Shown here piece by piece: positions 44,493 through 56,700 of a stretch of 64,000 bases of DNA. The DNA is from Nemertoderma westbladi (lineage: Eukaryota > Animalia > Xenacoelomorpha): NCBI GenBank assembly GCA_032718475.1, contig JAUCBJ010001555.1, forward strand, positions 26,825-90,824, in the 5' to 3' direction. Numbering within the stretch: position 1 is the stretch's first letter; each line of letters begins with the position of its first letter. Under the pieces are notes generated by a model, which saw only the letters and a list, made by a program, of their open reading frames with translations, was not told where the DNA came from and did no database searches. The position numbers and the translations under genes are program-made.

Positions 44493-47400
44493 TGTTAAAC
44501 AACCGCGACACCTATACTAACAGCAGAACTGTTGAACAGACAAATACCCGTATACCTCTCTGCCAACCTAATGAGCTCTCGCCTAACCAATAACAGAATA
44601 AGACACAAAGACTGCTCTACTGTTAAGTAAAGGGGATCAGGAGCGTGCTATTACTAAATTGTAAAGGTTGCTAAATACAAAACCGCTACTTACCGTTGGA
44701 TGGCGCTAATCTGCCGTCCGCTAATATATTTTACTAAATTTACACAGCTCCTGCAAAATCGCTTGTTCCTTTCTCTACCGATCGCTCGATAGAGAGCTAA
44801 CTGTTCGAATCTATGAGCCACGCGGGAATAACCAAAACAATAAACCCGAGTCGGCTCCCTAAGCTTACTTAAGACGAGTGCGAGGGGCTTTGCACTCAGA
44901 GTATATTCTTACGCCTAATTTTACTACTGTTGAAGTACGCTAATGCCTACGTCTTTTCTAATCGCGAATACTGGGGTTTCCCTAACGGAATGTGTGAATG
45001 CGAGAATATTTAAAATAATCAAAATTGGTACAGTACAATGTCTTTCGTAGGTGATACCACTCCGGGTCTAAACTTGCCTGCAGCTGACTTTAGGCCAGCA
45101 ACTTACTAGTGTCTTGCGTACTGACTACTGCGATCTAGTTTATTGCCCGCTAATGCAAATAACCGCTCAGCGTGAATAGTTTACGGTACTCTAAATTATT
45201 ACCTTAGCTACTCTCCGCTATGCTGCGTACTAATTCTTAATTTTACTAATCAATTACAGTCACGAATATGTAACAGCGCACTAATTACTAAGAGTTCCAG
45301 AATGCGTAATTCTAATTTATTACAGTGCCGGATTAAGCCTCTGGTGGCCCTAAGGCACATTTTAGTAATTTCCAAAAATGGCCCGAAAATTGATATATTT
45401 TTGCAAACCATTTCAAAAGAAAAAGCTGCTAAAAACAACTGAAATTGTTGCGAATGATATATAAAGTATTTTCGTTGGATGACTGCGTGCCAATAAGTAC
45501 TTTGCAAGAATAGTTTTCATCAACAATTGTAACATTACTAAGCGGGATATTATGCTATTCTTATAAAACCTTTGCTATAAAAAGTATAATAGAGCTTCAT
45601 AAACTCTTTGTTCGAAAAATATAGCACTTTTTGAGCAGGTCGGTTTTTTTCAAAAATTATATAAATTGTGAGGCATTTTATATGTAAAATAGCTCATGTT
45701 TAAAGATCTGTAATACCACCTGCATTAAAGTTCTTGGCTCAAGACTTTGGTAAAATGGACCTAGATGTGTAGGCTATCTTCTATGAAAACTTTAAAACAA
45801 TTTTATTAGCACAAAATTATTGTTTTTTAAAAATTTATGGGGGTTTTAGTATGTCCGGGCTATATTTTGGTAATCTAATATTTTGTGATAGACAAAGTGT
45901 AGTAGGGTACACAATCGGTTCTAGAATATCCAAATGGCCATGTTTTACAAAACCAACGATAGTATTCCTAAAGCTGCTGAAAATTTGGTATATGTTTGAT
46001 GGCAATTGAGTAAAAAATAAAATAGTAGTAGGGAATTGAGTGATGAAAAAAGTCAAAATTGACAAACTGATAAAAGGGTTTGTTATACAGAGAGTTATAA
46101 ATGTCAGCAATATATATGTTGTTGAAAAGAGCTGTTTTGAGGTAAAAAAAATAATTCCATCTTGAAAACCGATCTTATGAAAGCCCTTCTATCAAACTAC
46201 AAAAAAATTGTGTAAATTTTCGAAAATTTCATTTCTGTGGGGGTTATAGTTGGCCCCCTTAAGGCTGACTGGCCCCTGTAGGCATTTAACAATTTTGATC
46301 GGATCGTGGGAATGTGTTATTTATTTGCTGTAGGGTACTTATACAGGGTACTTAACTACAGGGTAGGGCCTACTTATCTTTACAGGACTTGCTGAGAAAT
46401 ATAACACACCAAAAGTGTGGGGCTCAGTGCAAAGATATAATATTTCTGATCTAGATTTGGACTTGCTGAGAAAGTAATGTTCTTCGATAAGAGAATAGTC
46501 TCGGAAATAAGCACTTTTTGTCACTAATTTTAATTTACCCAAATTAATTTACAGTATGCTGTCCGAGAGTTTTAGGTTTGGCAGGAATTGCACCTAAAAT
46601 GCCATCGAATGCAAAATTCAATACACGAGGGCAGAACATCTGAATTTCGGTTAAATTAAATTACAGGAGTGACAAGAATTTATTTCTGACACGTTTTTTT
46701 TTTATCAACAACTATTTTATCTACAACTAATTATGTGGTTGTTCTGATAGTTTAAGAGCATAACGACAAATAATTAAAATTAAATTGAAAAGAAAATGCA
46801 ATTAAATTCTCCATTGTTCATAATTAGCACTTTAAAGTTTTTCTGCCCATGTTATATTATTTCCCTGCCATCAAGGTCTCGAACTAATAACACAGCACCT
46901 GTCGGTCGACTGAGCTAGAATTTTGCACTTTCTATCTCAAATTTAGGGATAGAAAGTAGTCGAAAGATGCACTTTCTTGCTCTGTTTTCTACAAATTTTA
47001 GAAAATATTTTTTTCACAGGAATGACTCTTTGAGAAAAAAATGGCCCGTATTTTCGGCTGGCCCTAAGGCACGTGCCTTATATGCCTTAAGGTTAATCCG
47101 GCACTGATTTATTACACAACAGGTTTCGCTAGTAATAGCCTAAAATGCCGTATTACTTTGACCTAATCAGTAACTATTTGTTGTAACTAAGAAATAGAAA
47201 TCAATCAAAAGGAAAGGGGGCGCCTACCTAAGCATTCGTAATCATAGGCACACTTCAGTAACACACCAATCAGCGTCAGCAATCACAGATCACAATAGCA
47301 CGACTTGCAATTATACAATCTGCAATTATATAATTCGCAACATAATAATTCGCAATTGACTAATTCGCAATCTACTTACTTCGCAACTTACTTACTTACC

Positions 47401-48531
47401 GTAAGGTATGCAGGCCCCTCCCGGGTACATCTAGGCTTCCTAACTAACCCAATTCCTGCCCCCTAATACTAAATAGAGACAAAACCTTGGATCATCAGCC
47501 CCCTAATTACTGTACCGGCGAGCGGTCTCCAACCCACAGTCCAAACTGCCCGACCGCAACTTTGACCCCCGCCAGCGTTGCCCGCTTTTGAATCCTCCGC
47601 TCTCCCTTAGTCGCTCAACCCCCCGATGTGCCCACCGCCCACTAGCGCCTTAGCCCTCCATTATGCTAATAGCTACCGTAGCGGCGCATGCAAATCACAA
47701 AGTCTGACAGTCTCAGAAATCCCTTAGGATTATTGCGCAGAAAAGAATCACATAGAACCATTAATCAAAAGGTAGAAATCATAGTTCAGTTGTAATTAGC
47801 AGTAATCGAAGGAATTAATTGAGAAACACAAGCAAGAGTAATCGCACTAGCAAATCATTTCAAGAAAGTAATCAAAATTAGCAAATTGCAGAAAATACGC
47901 TAAAATATCCGTCAAAAAAATGAATAGAGACAGCTCAGCAAGTACAAAGGTGATAGCAGATCATGTGAGGGATAACAGTACACAGTAAGGCTCTACCGGC
48001 ACACCGCCAATTTATAGGTGATCCGGATGGGGTGATGCAATAGGGTGACTCAATCGCTCTCCTATTGGCTCTCCAGTCCGTGCTAGCATTAGACCAACCT
48101 GGAAGCAGTTAGTCCAATAAGGAGGCCGGATTGTAGTCCTATTGCCTGCCCAAACCTCGAATTATTACCATATATGGTAATGGTTCACGTCCCTGGCTGC
48201 TGAATGGCCAGGACAGCGTCCCTATATGCTAGCCCTATTGATGCTAATATCAGCAAGCACAAAATCCAGGGTCCGAATAAACTTGCTACCCTGGGACTAT
48301 CTACATATATCCTAATACAAAATTACGTAGGTAGGGCTACATATTATACAAAATGGATGGATTCAAAATATATGGGCGTTTTGGTTTCCCTATCTAAATA
48401 TCACTGCGCTATTATGCCTTATCTAAAATATTATGCTGCACAACGGACTAATATTGCGTACAGTATAACGGACTAATATATTATACTGCATAATGGCTAA
48501 TAATGTGGATACAGCGCCATATACCGTAACA
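44493..48531 (-). repeat. Putative long (~2.25 kb without the hAT insert) 3' LTR of BEL element 2
   Basis: TGTTA/TAACA ends, promoter motifs and an abrupt junction with the RTE fragment; no second copy available to confirm. Confidence 0.55.
45323..47106. mobile_element. Non-autonomous hAT DNA transposon inserted in the LTR
   Basis: 14-bp perfect TIR CAGTGCCGGATTAA, 8-bp TSD ATTTATTA, subterminal GGCCCTAAGGCAC repeats, no ORF. Confidence 0.92.
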
Positions 48532-49921
48532 CCGCTCCAAGGGAAATCATATAATGTTTCCCTCCAACTGTAGAAGAGTATAAGGTGATGTATACAAACA
48601 AAATAAATTTCTTCCAAATAATCTAAATACTTGATACTATAAATCCTACTATTTACAAAATATTGCTATAGATATTGCATAATGAATTGCATACAAATTA
48701 AATTTACAAATATTATCTCTCTCATACAAATTAAATTTACAAAATATTGTTTCTCGTTCTTACTACATAATGATTACTACATACAAGATCAAATTTACAA
48801 AATATTACTTCCTTTATTTATTTACAAATTGACGGTCTACCTATTGAAATGGAACATGGCTAGGACAATGTCCCCCATTTCCCATCTCAAATTAACGATC
48901 AACATTAACAAGATAAACTAAATATAAACGTATTTGAGGCTAAATTTTTAACTAAATTGCATTAAAGGCCGATAATCAAATTAAATATAAAATACGTAAT
49001 AATTTCTTTCATTTTCGGACTTTACTTAATTTCTTATAAAAAACGCAAATCATCTTGGTTTGATGATTGCTCAGGTAAGTGAAAGGAGTAAGCCAAACCC
49101 GCGGGTTTGTCTCCCCAATCACTTCCTTTGCCTCTTTCAATAAACTTTAGAGCAAATAAAGTCATATACACAAAATCAAATATAATATAGGCTCAAAATC
49201 ATATTTCCAACGGACTATAAAATAAAATTATTTCCTTTCAATATTTTTCGGCCTTCGAAAATAAAACTCTAAAATATGGATACGACTAGTGTATATGAGT
49301 CCAGTCGAATGATTGATCAAAACCTACGATATACATCAGAGCGACGATGATGTATATGTCTAGAGTTTGTCGCTCCGTGATAATATAGTCTCATCGGCTA
49401 ACTCCTGGGTCTCTCGGGCTCGCTCCTCTCGTTTGTCCCCTCCCCAGATACACCAGTCTACCCCCTGTAGACTCTGTTGACGGCGTCCTTGAGGCGTCAC
49501 TTCCCGGAACCGGCGACGACGTTCCCTGGGCACCGACTATCTCCCGACTGGTGCTCCTCCCTCGGCCTCGTCCCATTTGCCGTGTCCCTGTGGGCGCCTC
49601 CGCCAACTCCTCTTTCTTCAACTATAGAATGGAACTGCTCGTCCTTGGCTTGACGCTTGCCAAGGACTCCTCCTTCTGGTACTTGCCGCGAGCTGTGAGC
49701 TCCGGCTGTTGTCTCTGTGGGCGCGGCGGTCCTGATCCTCCACTCGTTCAGAGGTCAATGACCCCAAACGAGTCTCCTGAGGCCGCCAATTGTGCGCTGG
49801 GTAATAATTATAGACGTATATATCAGAGCGACGATGATATATAAAGGATTGGACATATTCGGGCTTAATAATGCGTTCGTCGAAACTTCCCGAAATAATT
49901 TGGAGTAAATATCTTTTCGAA

Positions 49922-49953
<32 letters not shown>

Positions 49954-49957
<4 letters not shown>

Positions 49958-50238
49958 CTTTCGCCGAAGTCGATACTGATCATCGGGTCGCTCATCGGGT
50001 AACCTCCCTCGTTATATCTAAGGAACTGGTGAGCTTGACAACGCGTTAATATCGGTTCTGGATGTTGCTCGTCTAGTCGGTCGGGAATCGTGGGTTTGTA
50101 TTTCCCATTTAGCTCCATCACCGACCGCCCATGGTAGTAAACGTTCGAATCTTTACATCCCGGTCGCGCGAATGGTAACTCCGCCTCCTCTCTGGCAGTA
50201 AATCCTCTGCGCGGTTGCGCTCTAATATCCTTCTCCAT
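49954..50238 (-). CDS. Small ORF (94 aa) of unknown function in the 3' region of BEL element 2
   Basis: ATG-initiated, GC-richer than flanks, same strand as pol; stop codon runs into a ~30-nt A tract. Confidence 0.35.
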
Positions 50239-51007
50239 TATGCCCCGCGTATATACATATATATCCCAATAAGTGTTCCGTTACGCAAACCAATTACACT
50301 GTGGGTAATCAGTTAGATGTCGCCGAAGGACAGACCTCCCGAACCCCCCCCCCCCCCCCCCCCCCGCTGCCTTCCAGCAGTTCAGGTTCGACTCTCTAGA
50401 TCCCGTCTCTTCCTAACTAACTATCCTCTAACCTATTCCCATGCATAGCGCAAAAACTTTGGAGATAAACTGGCCGTGACCAACTCACTTTTTGATGCCC
50501 AAACTACTCCCATTACTCGTACTAAACTACAGTAGTTAGAAAGGACCATAGCCACAATACTCGACTATACCAAACCCACAGGTTTGATAATCGAACATCA
50601 CACATCCTGCAAACTACTGAGTGGGGTCCATGTACGCCTCTGGTGCTACTAACCTTTAGCACCTTAGTTGCACTGTTGGCACCAATCTGTGGAAGTTGCT
50701 AAACTCAATTTACACTCCTACGTAATATAGCCGTCACCATGGTTTCTAAATGCTATTTTCCAGGCTTCACGACTTTTCAAATTACTGTTTATCTATAGAC
50801 GAATTCTAAAACGCGTCTATACACAGCGTCTGGAATTGTCATGGGTTCACTTTTCTAATTTTAAAATTTTTTCCAAAAATTTTGAAAATAAAATTTTGTT
50901 TTGATACCCACCAGACAAAACTCAACGCAAATCACCACAACCCCGCTCCTATGCATCTCCTTGTATTTGCATACGAGGAATGCATACGAAGTGAGTTGCG
51001 TCTAACA

Positions 51008-53716
51008 CTAATTCTGTTTTGAGGCAGGAGACAAACTATAATCTCCCGTCTCGATACGTGTCTCCTCTAATAACACGATATCTTGGACCGGTCGGTCCAA
51101 GGTGTGTAAACCATTAGTTTTACACTTTTTTGGGTGCGGACACTTGCACCTAATTTTCACAGTGACTGTGCGCACTATGTTTTGCACGTCTGGGTGTGTG
51201 TGCAAGATAACTCCAGTCTCCCAATACTTTCTCTTGACAATCGGTTCGGTTATCAATACGTAGTCTCCCCTTTGGAGACTCCGAACCGTTTTGTACCACT
51301 TTGTTCTGGTGGATATGGTGGGAAGATAGTATTCCTGCCAATATTCCCAGAATGTGTACGCCACAAATTGTGTTACTTTCCAGCTCTTACGACTATATAG
51401 GTCGGCACTAATGGGTTCTGATGCCGGCACAAGAAATGCTGGACTCTGCATTAGCAAATGATTCGGCGTTAATGCAACACCGTCTGGCAACATAGCTATC
51501 GGCCTCGAGTTTAATGTATGCTCGATTTCAATGAAAGCTGTAACCAGTTCGTCGTCGGTAAGTTGTTTGTTCACAGGCAATGTTTTAGCAATGGCCTGCT
51601 TCACAGAGCGAACTAAACGCTCCCAACTTCCTCCTCTCCAAGGACTTTCTGGAGTATTAAATCTCCACTCTACTCTTTGCGGCAAAAGTGCTGCAGAAAT
51701 TTCCTTATTCTGTGCTGCTTTATGAGCCGCGTTCAACTCGCTATTCCCTCCGACAAAGTTTGTACCCTTGTCAGAGTAGAACGCCTTTACTAGTCCTCTC
51801 CTGGCCATAAATCTCTTCAAGGCCAGGAGCAGAGATTTGGTCGACATGTCTGCCACACGCTCAATGTGTATGGCTCTACTAGCCATACATGTCAGTAGCA
51901 GACCCCATCGCTTGTGGGTCAGCCGTCCACTCTTTGCTTCAATCGGACCAAAACAGTCCACCCCTGTATTCGTAAAGGGTGGGTCATATGCCTGCACTCT
52001 CGCTTCCGGGAGTTCAGCCATCTCCTGTTCCAATACTCTGGCGTTCACCCTCTTGCAAACCAGACAGGCGTCATACATAGTGCCGACTGCCCTGCTTGGC
52101 TGCAATAGAATGAATCGCTGTCTCGCTGCCGACAAACAGTGTAACTTTCCCGCGTGATGCAACCTCTTGTGTATATCCCATAGAATCGCTCTTTGCAATT
52201 CTATTGGGTGACTAGGGATTATCACTGGGAACCTAAACTGTGAGTTTATGTCGACAGTCTGGATTCTCGATCTATGACAAATCAAACCCTTATGGATTAA
52301 TGGACTCCATTTTCTAAGGGGTTTATAGAGAACTGGTCGTTGAGCCGATAATAGATGGAATTCTTTCGGGAAGGCACACATTTGATAATGCTTCAAATGC
52401 TTTAATTCCGCTTGATCAATCTCATCCTCTGTCAGAGGTTGTTTCAATTTCCGAATTCGCTCACTATTGGTGCTCAATGGTTCTCTCAAATGTTTCGAAT
52501 GTTTTAAACAAAGGTACAAAATGTATCGGCTTAACCACGCAGTTCTTTTACAAATTGTCAGCCAAGAGGCAGACGAATTTAGTAATTTGTCATAAATACT
52601 GCATGACTCTAATGCCAGCGACGGTTGTCCGCTAACTAATGGAAGTTTCGAATCCAAACCCGCAGGTTTGGAAACCAAAGGCTCCATTTTGTCGGTCATT
52701 TTCTGTCCGTCACTTACCAACTGTGACTCTGGTTTAGTCTGTAAGGGTGGTTTTATGTCATAACTTACCCTTCCTGACCTAGTAGTCACGTAAGTCTGTT
52801 GGTCTGACAGGTCTCCGGGCCGCTCCAATGACTCTTCAGGCCGCTCCAATGACTTAAGTTTGGCTTTAGACTTCGACTTAGAGACTTTCTCCACCTTGAC
52901 TTCTGCATCTTCAGGCATCGGATTGGTCACTATCTTTAGTCGCTCCGGCCAATGTTCCTGTGTCCTCGTTAGAAAATCAGGTCCATGCAACCAAAACTCC
53001 TGCGACTCTTCCTGACAGAATTCCGCCAGCATTGCACCTCTCGAAGTTATGTCGGCCGGGTTTAACACTCCCGGACAATGTCTCCATTGTTCCTTCGTCG
53101 AAAAGTCAACGATCTGAGCGCGTCTATTGGCCACAAATGTCTTTAGTGCAATATTGTCGGCCGCAATGTATACTAACACTAAGGATGCGTCCGTCCAATA
53201 GAACAAGGTCAATGTCGTGTCTAACTCCTCAGTTATTTGCTTACTTACCTCGACTGAAACTACAGCCGCCTGTAACTCTGCACGAGGGACAGTCATGTAT
53301 TTGACCGGCATTGTCTTTGATCTAGAAGTTACAAAGGCCGTCTCAAACTTGTCCTGACTTACCTCTCGGCGAAGGTAGGCTACCATACCAAAGCCGGTGT
53401 CACTTGCGTCACTGAACAGATGCAGCTCTAAATCAGCTGGGAATACCAGCTGATTTGGAAAGTAGGAACGGGGTACGTCTATATTTTTCAATAGATGTAA
53501 CTCGGCTTCCCACTCTCTCCACTGCTTTGCATGTATAGGAGATATTGGTTCGTCCCACTCTAGGTCGGACAACCAAATTTTCCTCATGCACGCTCGTGCC
53601 TGTAATATTACCGGACTGATAAAGTTCATCGGGTCAAATAGTCTACTTAAAGTCGATAAGCAAATTCTCTTTGTCAAAACTTTGTCTGGGCTACTGGGTT
53701 CAAATCTAACTCTTAC
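51008..53716 (-). CDS. pol: BEL element 2 RNase H and integrase (in frame with the upstream ORF across one TAG)
   Basis: LHLFSDAS, NPADITSRG, HHAG...CLVC, GVDCFGP, YSDKGTNFVGG, WERLVRSVK. Confidence 0.95.
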   Translation of the reverse strand, partial: VRVRFEPSSPDKVLTKRICLSTLSRLFDPMNFISPVILQARACMRKIWLSDLEWDEPISPIHAKQWREWEAELHLLKNIDVPRSYFPNQLVFPADLELHLFSDASDTGFGMVAYLRREVSQDKFETAFVTSRSKTMPVKYMTVPRAELQAAVVSVEVSKQITEELDTTLTLFYWTDASLVLVYIAADNIALKTFVANRRAQIVDFSTKEQWRHCPGVLNPADITSRGAMLAEFCQEESQEFWLHGPDFLTRTQEHWPERLKIVTNPMPEDAEVKVEKVSKSKSKAKLKSLERPEESLERPGDLSDQQTYVTTRSGRVSYDIKPPLQTKPESQLVSDGQKMTDKMEPLVSKPAGLDSKLPLVSGQPSLALESCSIYDKLLNSSASWLTICKRTAWLSRYILYLCLKHSKHLREPLSTNSERIRKLKQPLTEDEIDQAELKHLKHYQMCAFPKEFHLLSAQRPVLYKPLRKWSPLIHKGLICHRSRIQTVDINSQFRFPVIIPSHPIELQRAILWDIHKRLHHAGKLHCLSAARQRFILLQPSRAVGTMYDACLVCKRVNARVLEQEMAELPEARVQAYDPPFTNTGVDCFGPIEAKSGRLTHKRWGLLLTCMASRAIHIERVADMSTKSLLLALKRFMARRGLVKAFYSDKGTNFVGGNSELNAAHKAAQNKEISAALLPQRVEWRFNTPESPWRGGSWERLVRSVKQAIAKTLPVNKQLTDDELVTAFIEIEHTLNSRPIAMLPDGVALTPNHLLMQSPAFLVPASEPISADLYSRKSWKVTQFVAYTFWEYWQEYYLPTISTRTKWYKTVRSLQRGDYVLITEPIVKRKYWETGVILHTHPDVQNIVRTVTVKIRCKCPHPKKCKTNGLHTLDRPVQDIVLLEETRIETGDYSLSPASKQN

Positions 53717-56700
53717 CTAGAACTTATCTGAGTTCGGGTTCCAAGCGAGTCCCAGTACTCGCGCCATGGGGATTGGTTCTACCCCCAATTCTATGTCTCC
53801 GCTCCCGCGATCTTTCACCGGGAACGATTCTAATAGGGCCTCCGAATTGGTAGTGAACTTGGTCAGAGGAAATCCCCCTGTAGCCAAGCACTCCTGCAGG
53901 CCGTGAGCCACTTCTATGGCTTGTTCCGCCGTGTCCTTGGACACCAATCCGTCGTCCATATAGAAGTTTCTCAAGATGGACTCGATAACCTCTACTGGGT
54001 ACTTACCAATCTGGGCTGTTGCCGTTTTCTTTAAAACGAACAGCGTGCCATTCGGACTATCGCGGGCGCCAAATATCCTAACGTACATCTGGTATGTAAC
54101 CACTGGGCCGGATAAGTCTTCATTCTCGTACCAGAGAAAGCGAAGGCTATCCTGGTCTGCCTTACAGGCTCTTACCTGGTGGAACATCGCCTCGATGTCA
54201 CAAGTAAATGCGAATCGCCGCTGTCTAAAACGCAACAGTATTCCAATCAAATAATTGTTCAGGTTGGGACCATCCATCAACTCTGAATTCAGGGACATAC
54301 CTCTATAGACTGCTGCGCAGTCGTTGACTACTCGGACTTTGTCTGGCTTGTCAGGGTGAGTCACATAGTGGTGTGGAAGGTAATAAGTCTGGTCTGTCAC
54401 TAAGTCAGGGTCCTCTACCTTCCCAGCAAATCCCTTGGCAAAATAGTTGTTGATCTGGGCGCAATACTTCTCCCTAATGTCTGGATTCTTCAACAACCGA
54501 GCCCTTACTCCGTTCAATCTTTTCAAGGCTAAGTTGTAGTTGTTCTCCAACTTAGGTGGTTGTCGACGCCACAACATTCCAACTTCAAAATGTCCAGTCG
54601 GTAGTAGACGTATGGTATCTTCCATCATCTCCAGCGACCGTTTCTCATCAGTAGACATGGCTAGGTCATATCCACCGGGTTCCATTGCGTCCCTATCCAG
54701 CCATTCGACGGTTCTGGCTCCTGTCTCGAGGTCCTGGCGTATCAATTCCTTCTGTAATTCCTCCTCACTGTATTGGAAAATGTCTAGGTCTCGATATTTA
54801 GCCACCTGACCCTCCACTATGTCTGTATAAGTCAAAACGTTAGTCAGATAAGTAGCGTGGGCCGCTGAACCAGACCCACGGGTCTGATAACAGTAGTCCT
54901 CGGGTTCACTATCTGTCCGGTCGTTATGAAGTGGTTCCGACAACCTAACATTATCGGGAATCAACTCCTCGTCCGACTCGCTAAAGTCACTATAGTGGTC
55001 AATACAGGTTCTCCTAAACTCGTCTATGTCTGGTGGTTCTACTAATGGTGGTTCAGTTATAGGCTGTAATTCATCGTATCTGTTCATTGGCTTGTCGCCA
55101 CCTGTAAACTCATAAGACATGGGTACTCTTGTATACCAACCTAGTATGGTCCTATGGGCATGTGGTCCATTGACATGCAGCTCAGCTGGTTTCGTTTCCC
55201 ATATCTGGTGTGCGATCAGCTGTTCTGCACCAATCAACATAGAAACATTCCTATAACCTACCTGGTGTCTGGGTATCCTGAGCTTGTCAAAATACTCCTG
55301 TGCTATGGGACTCATCGGCGGCACCTTACCTAACTGCCTGCCGAATCCCTTCATAGCTAGACACTTAAATCCGTCCAATGGCAAAGCTTTCCGTTCTTGT
55401 CGAGTGTGTTGGTCTCTCGGAAGTAGGGAATCAAGTTCTACCGAAATTCTGTGTCCCTTGAGGAATCCTACCCCATGCATAGACTTCAACTCTATTTGGA
55501 TCTCCTCTGCGTCCTGGAAGCTAGAAACAGCTCTCGCCACTTCTTCGTCGATATAAGATAATGTGGACGCAGTGTCCAACATCACATATATTTGCTTCGA
55601 TCCCTTATCGCCAGTGAGTTTCACCGGAATCACGCTAAATATTTCCGACGTGGCCGATGATAAATACGTCCGCGCGCTGGTTGATGAACTATCCGCGGTG
55701 AAACCTTGGCAGGTCACCTCTCTTGCGCTCAACTCGCCATCCTCATCCGACGAACCTGGTTGGTAACCATCGTCTTGGATGCCAGTGTACGTATTCCTCC
55801 TTATCGATACGGGTTCTTTGCTCCCCTTCCTTTGAGGATTTCGCTGTAAGTAACGGTCCGTTGGGGTGTGGAAATCCGCATGTAGCAACTTGTGATGTAG
55901 TCTGCCGCATTCCATGCATCCGTCCTTGCTGTTCGGGCACTGCCGCCGTACATGACCTGGCGCAAGACATGCCCAACAGGTGTCCAACGTCCGCACTTGA
56001 ACTCTTCTCTGTTCCGAATTTAATTCTTTGAACCGTCTGCAACTATCTAACTTATGGTCGTCAGATCTTACCTCCTTTAGTAAACAGTATTGGCAACCTA
56101 CAAATCCATCCGGCAACTCCTGTTGCTTTAACCTAGGTCTATCTAACCGCTCACCTGACCATACTCGCGAGTCTGATCTAAAGGATGGGGTACTCGAATT
56201 ATATCTGTCTACTGAGTTATAAGTCACAGTGGTCCTATCATCGTCAAAACTTACCATAGACTTACCGGTAACAGGTTTAGACTCCCTCATATTCTCCTCT
56301 GAGAAGTTTGATTTCATCTCTGCTACTGCGTCTGTGGCTATCATGTCATGAATATGCTGAAGTGTCAATACTTTACCTTGGCCCTCCAACTTATTCTCTA
56401 ATTTGCGCCATTTCTGTCGATAACGCATGTTTAGACGTCTTATTACGCTTTTCAAAACTTCGGCGTGATCACCATGATGAGGTAGATTCACCGTCCTCAA
56501 GATGTCCAATGCGTTCGAAATAGCGTTCGCTAAGTTCAACAGCTCTAACGGAGTTGTAATCCTTCTGCCCTTACCCAAGTCTTCTACTATCGACTGCGCC
56601 ATCTTGGTTTTATTCCCGTAGATGTCACTAAGCGTCTTCATTGCTAACTCAAATGCCCTTTCATTGCCGACGAAGTTATCAGCAATGGCTCTAGGTTCTC

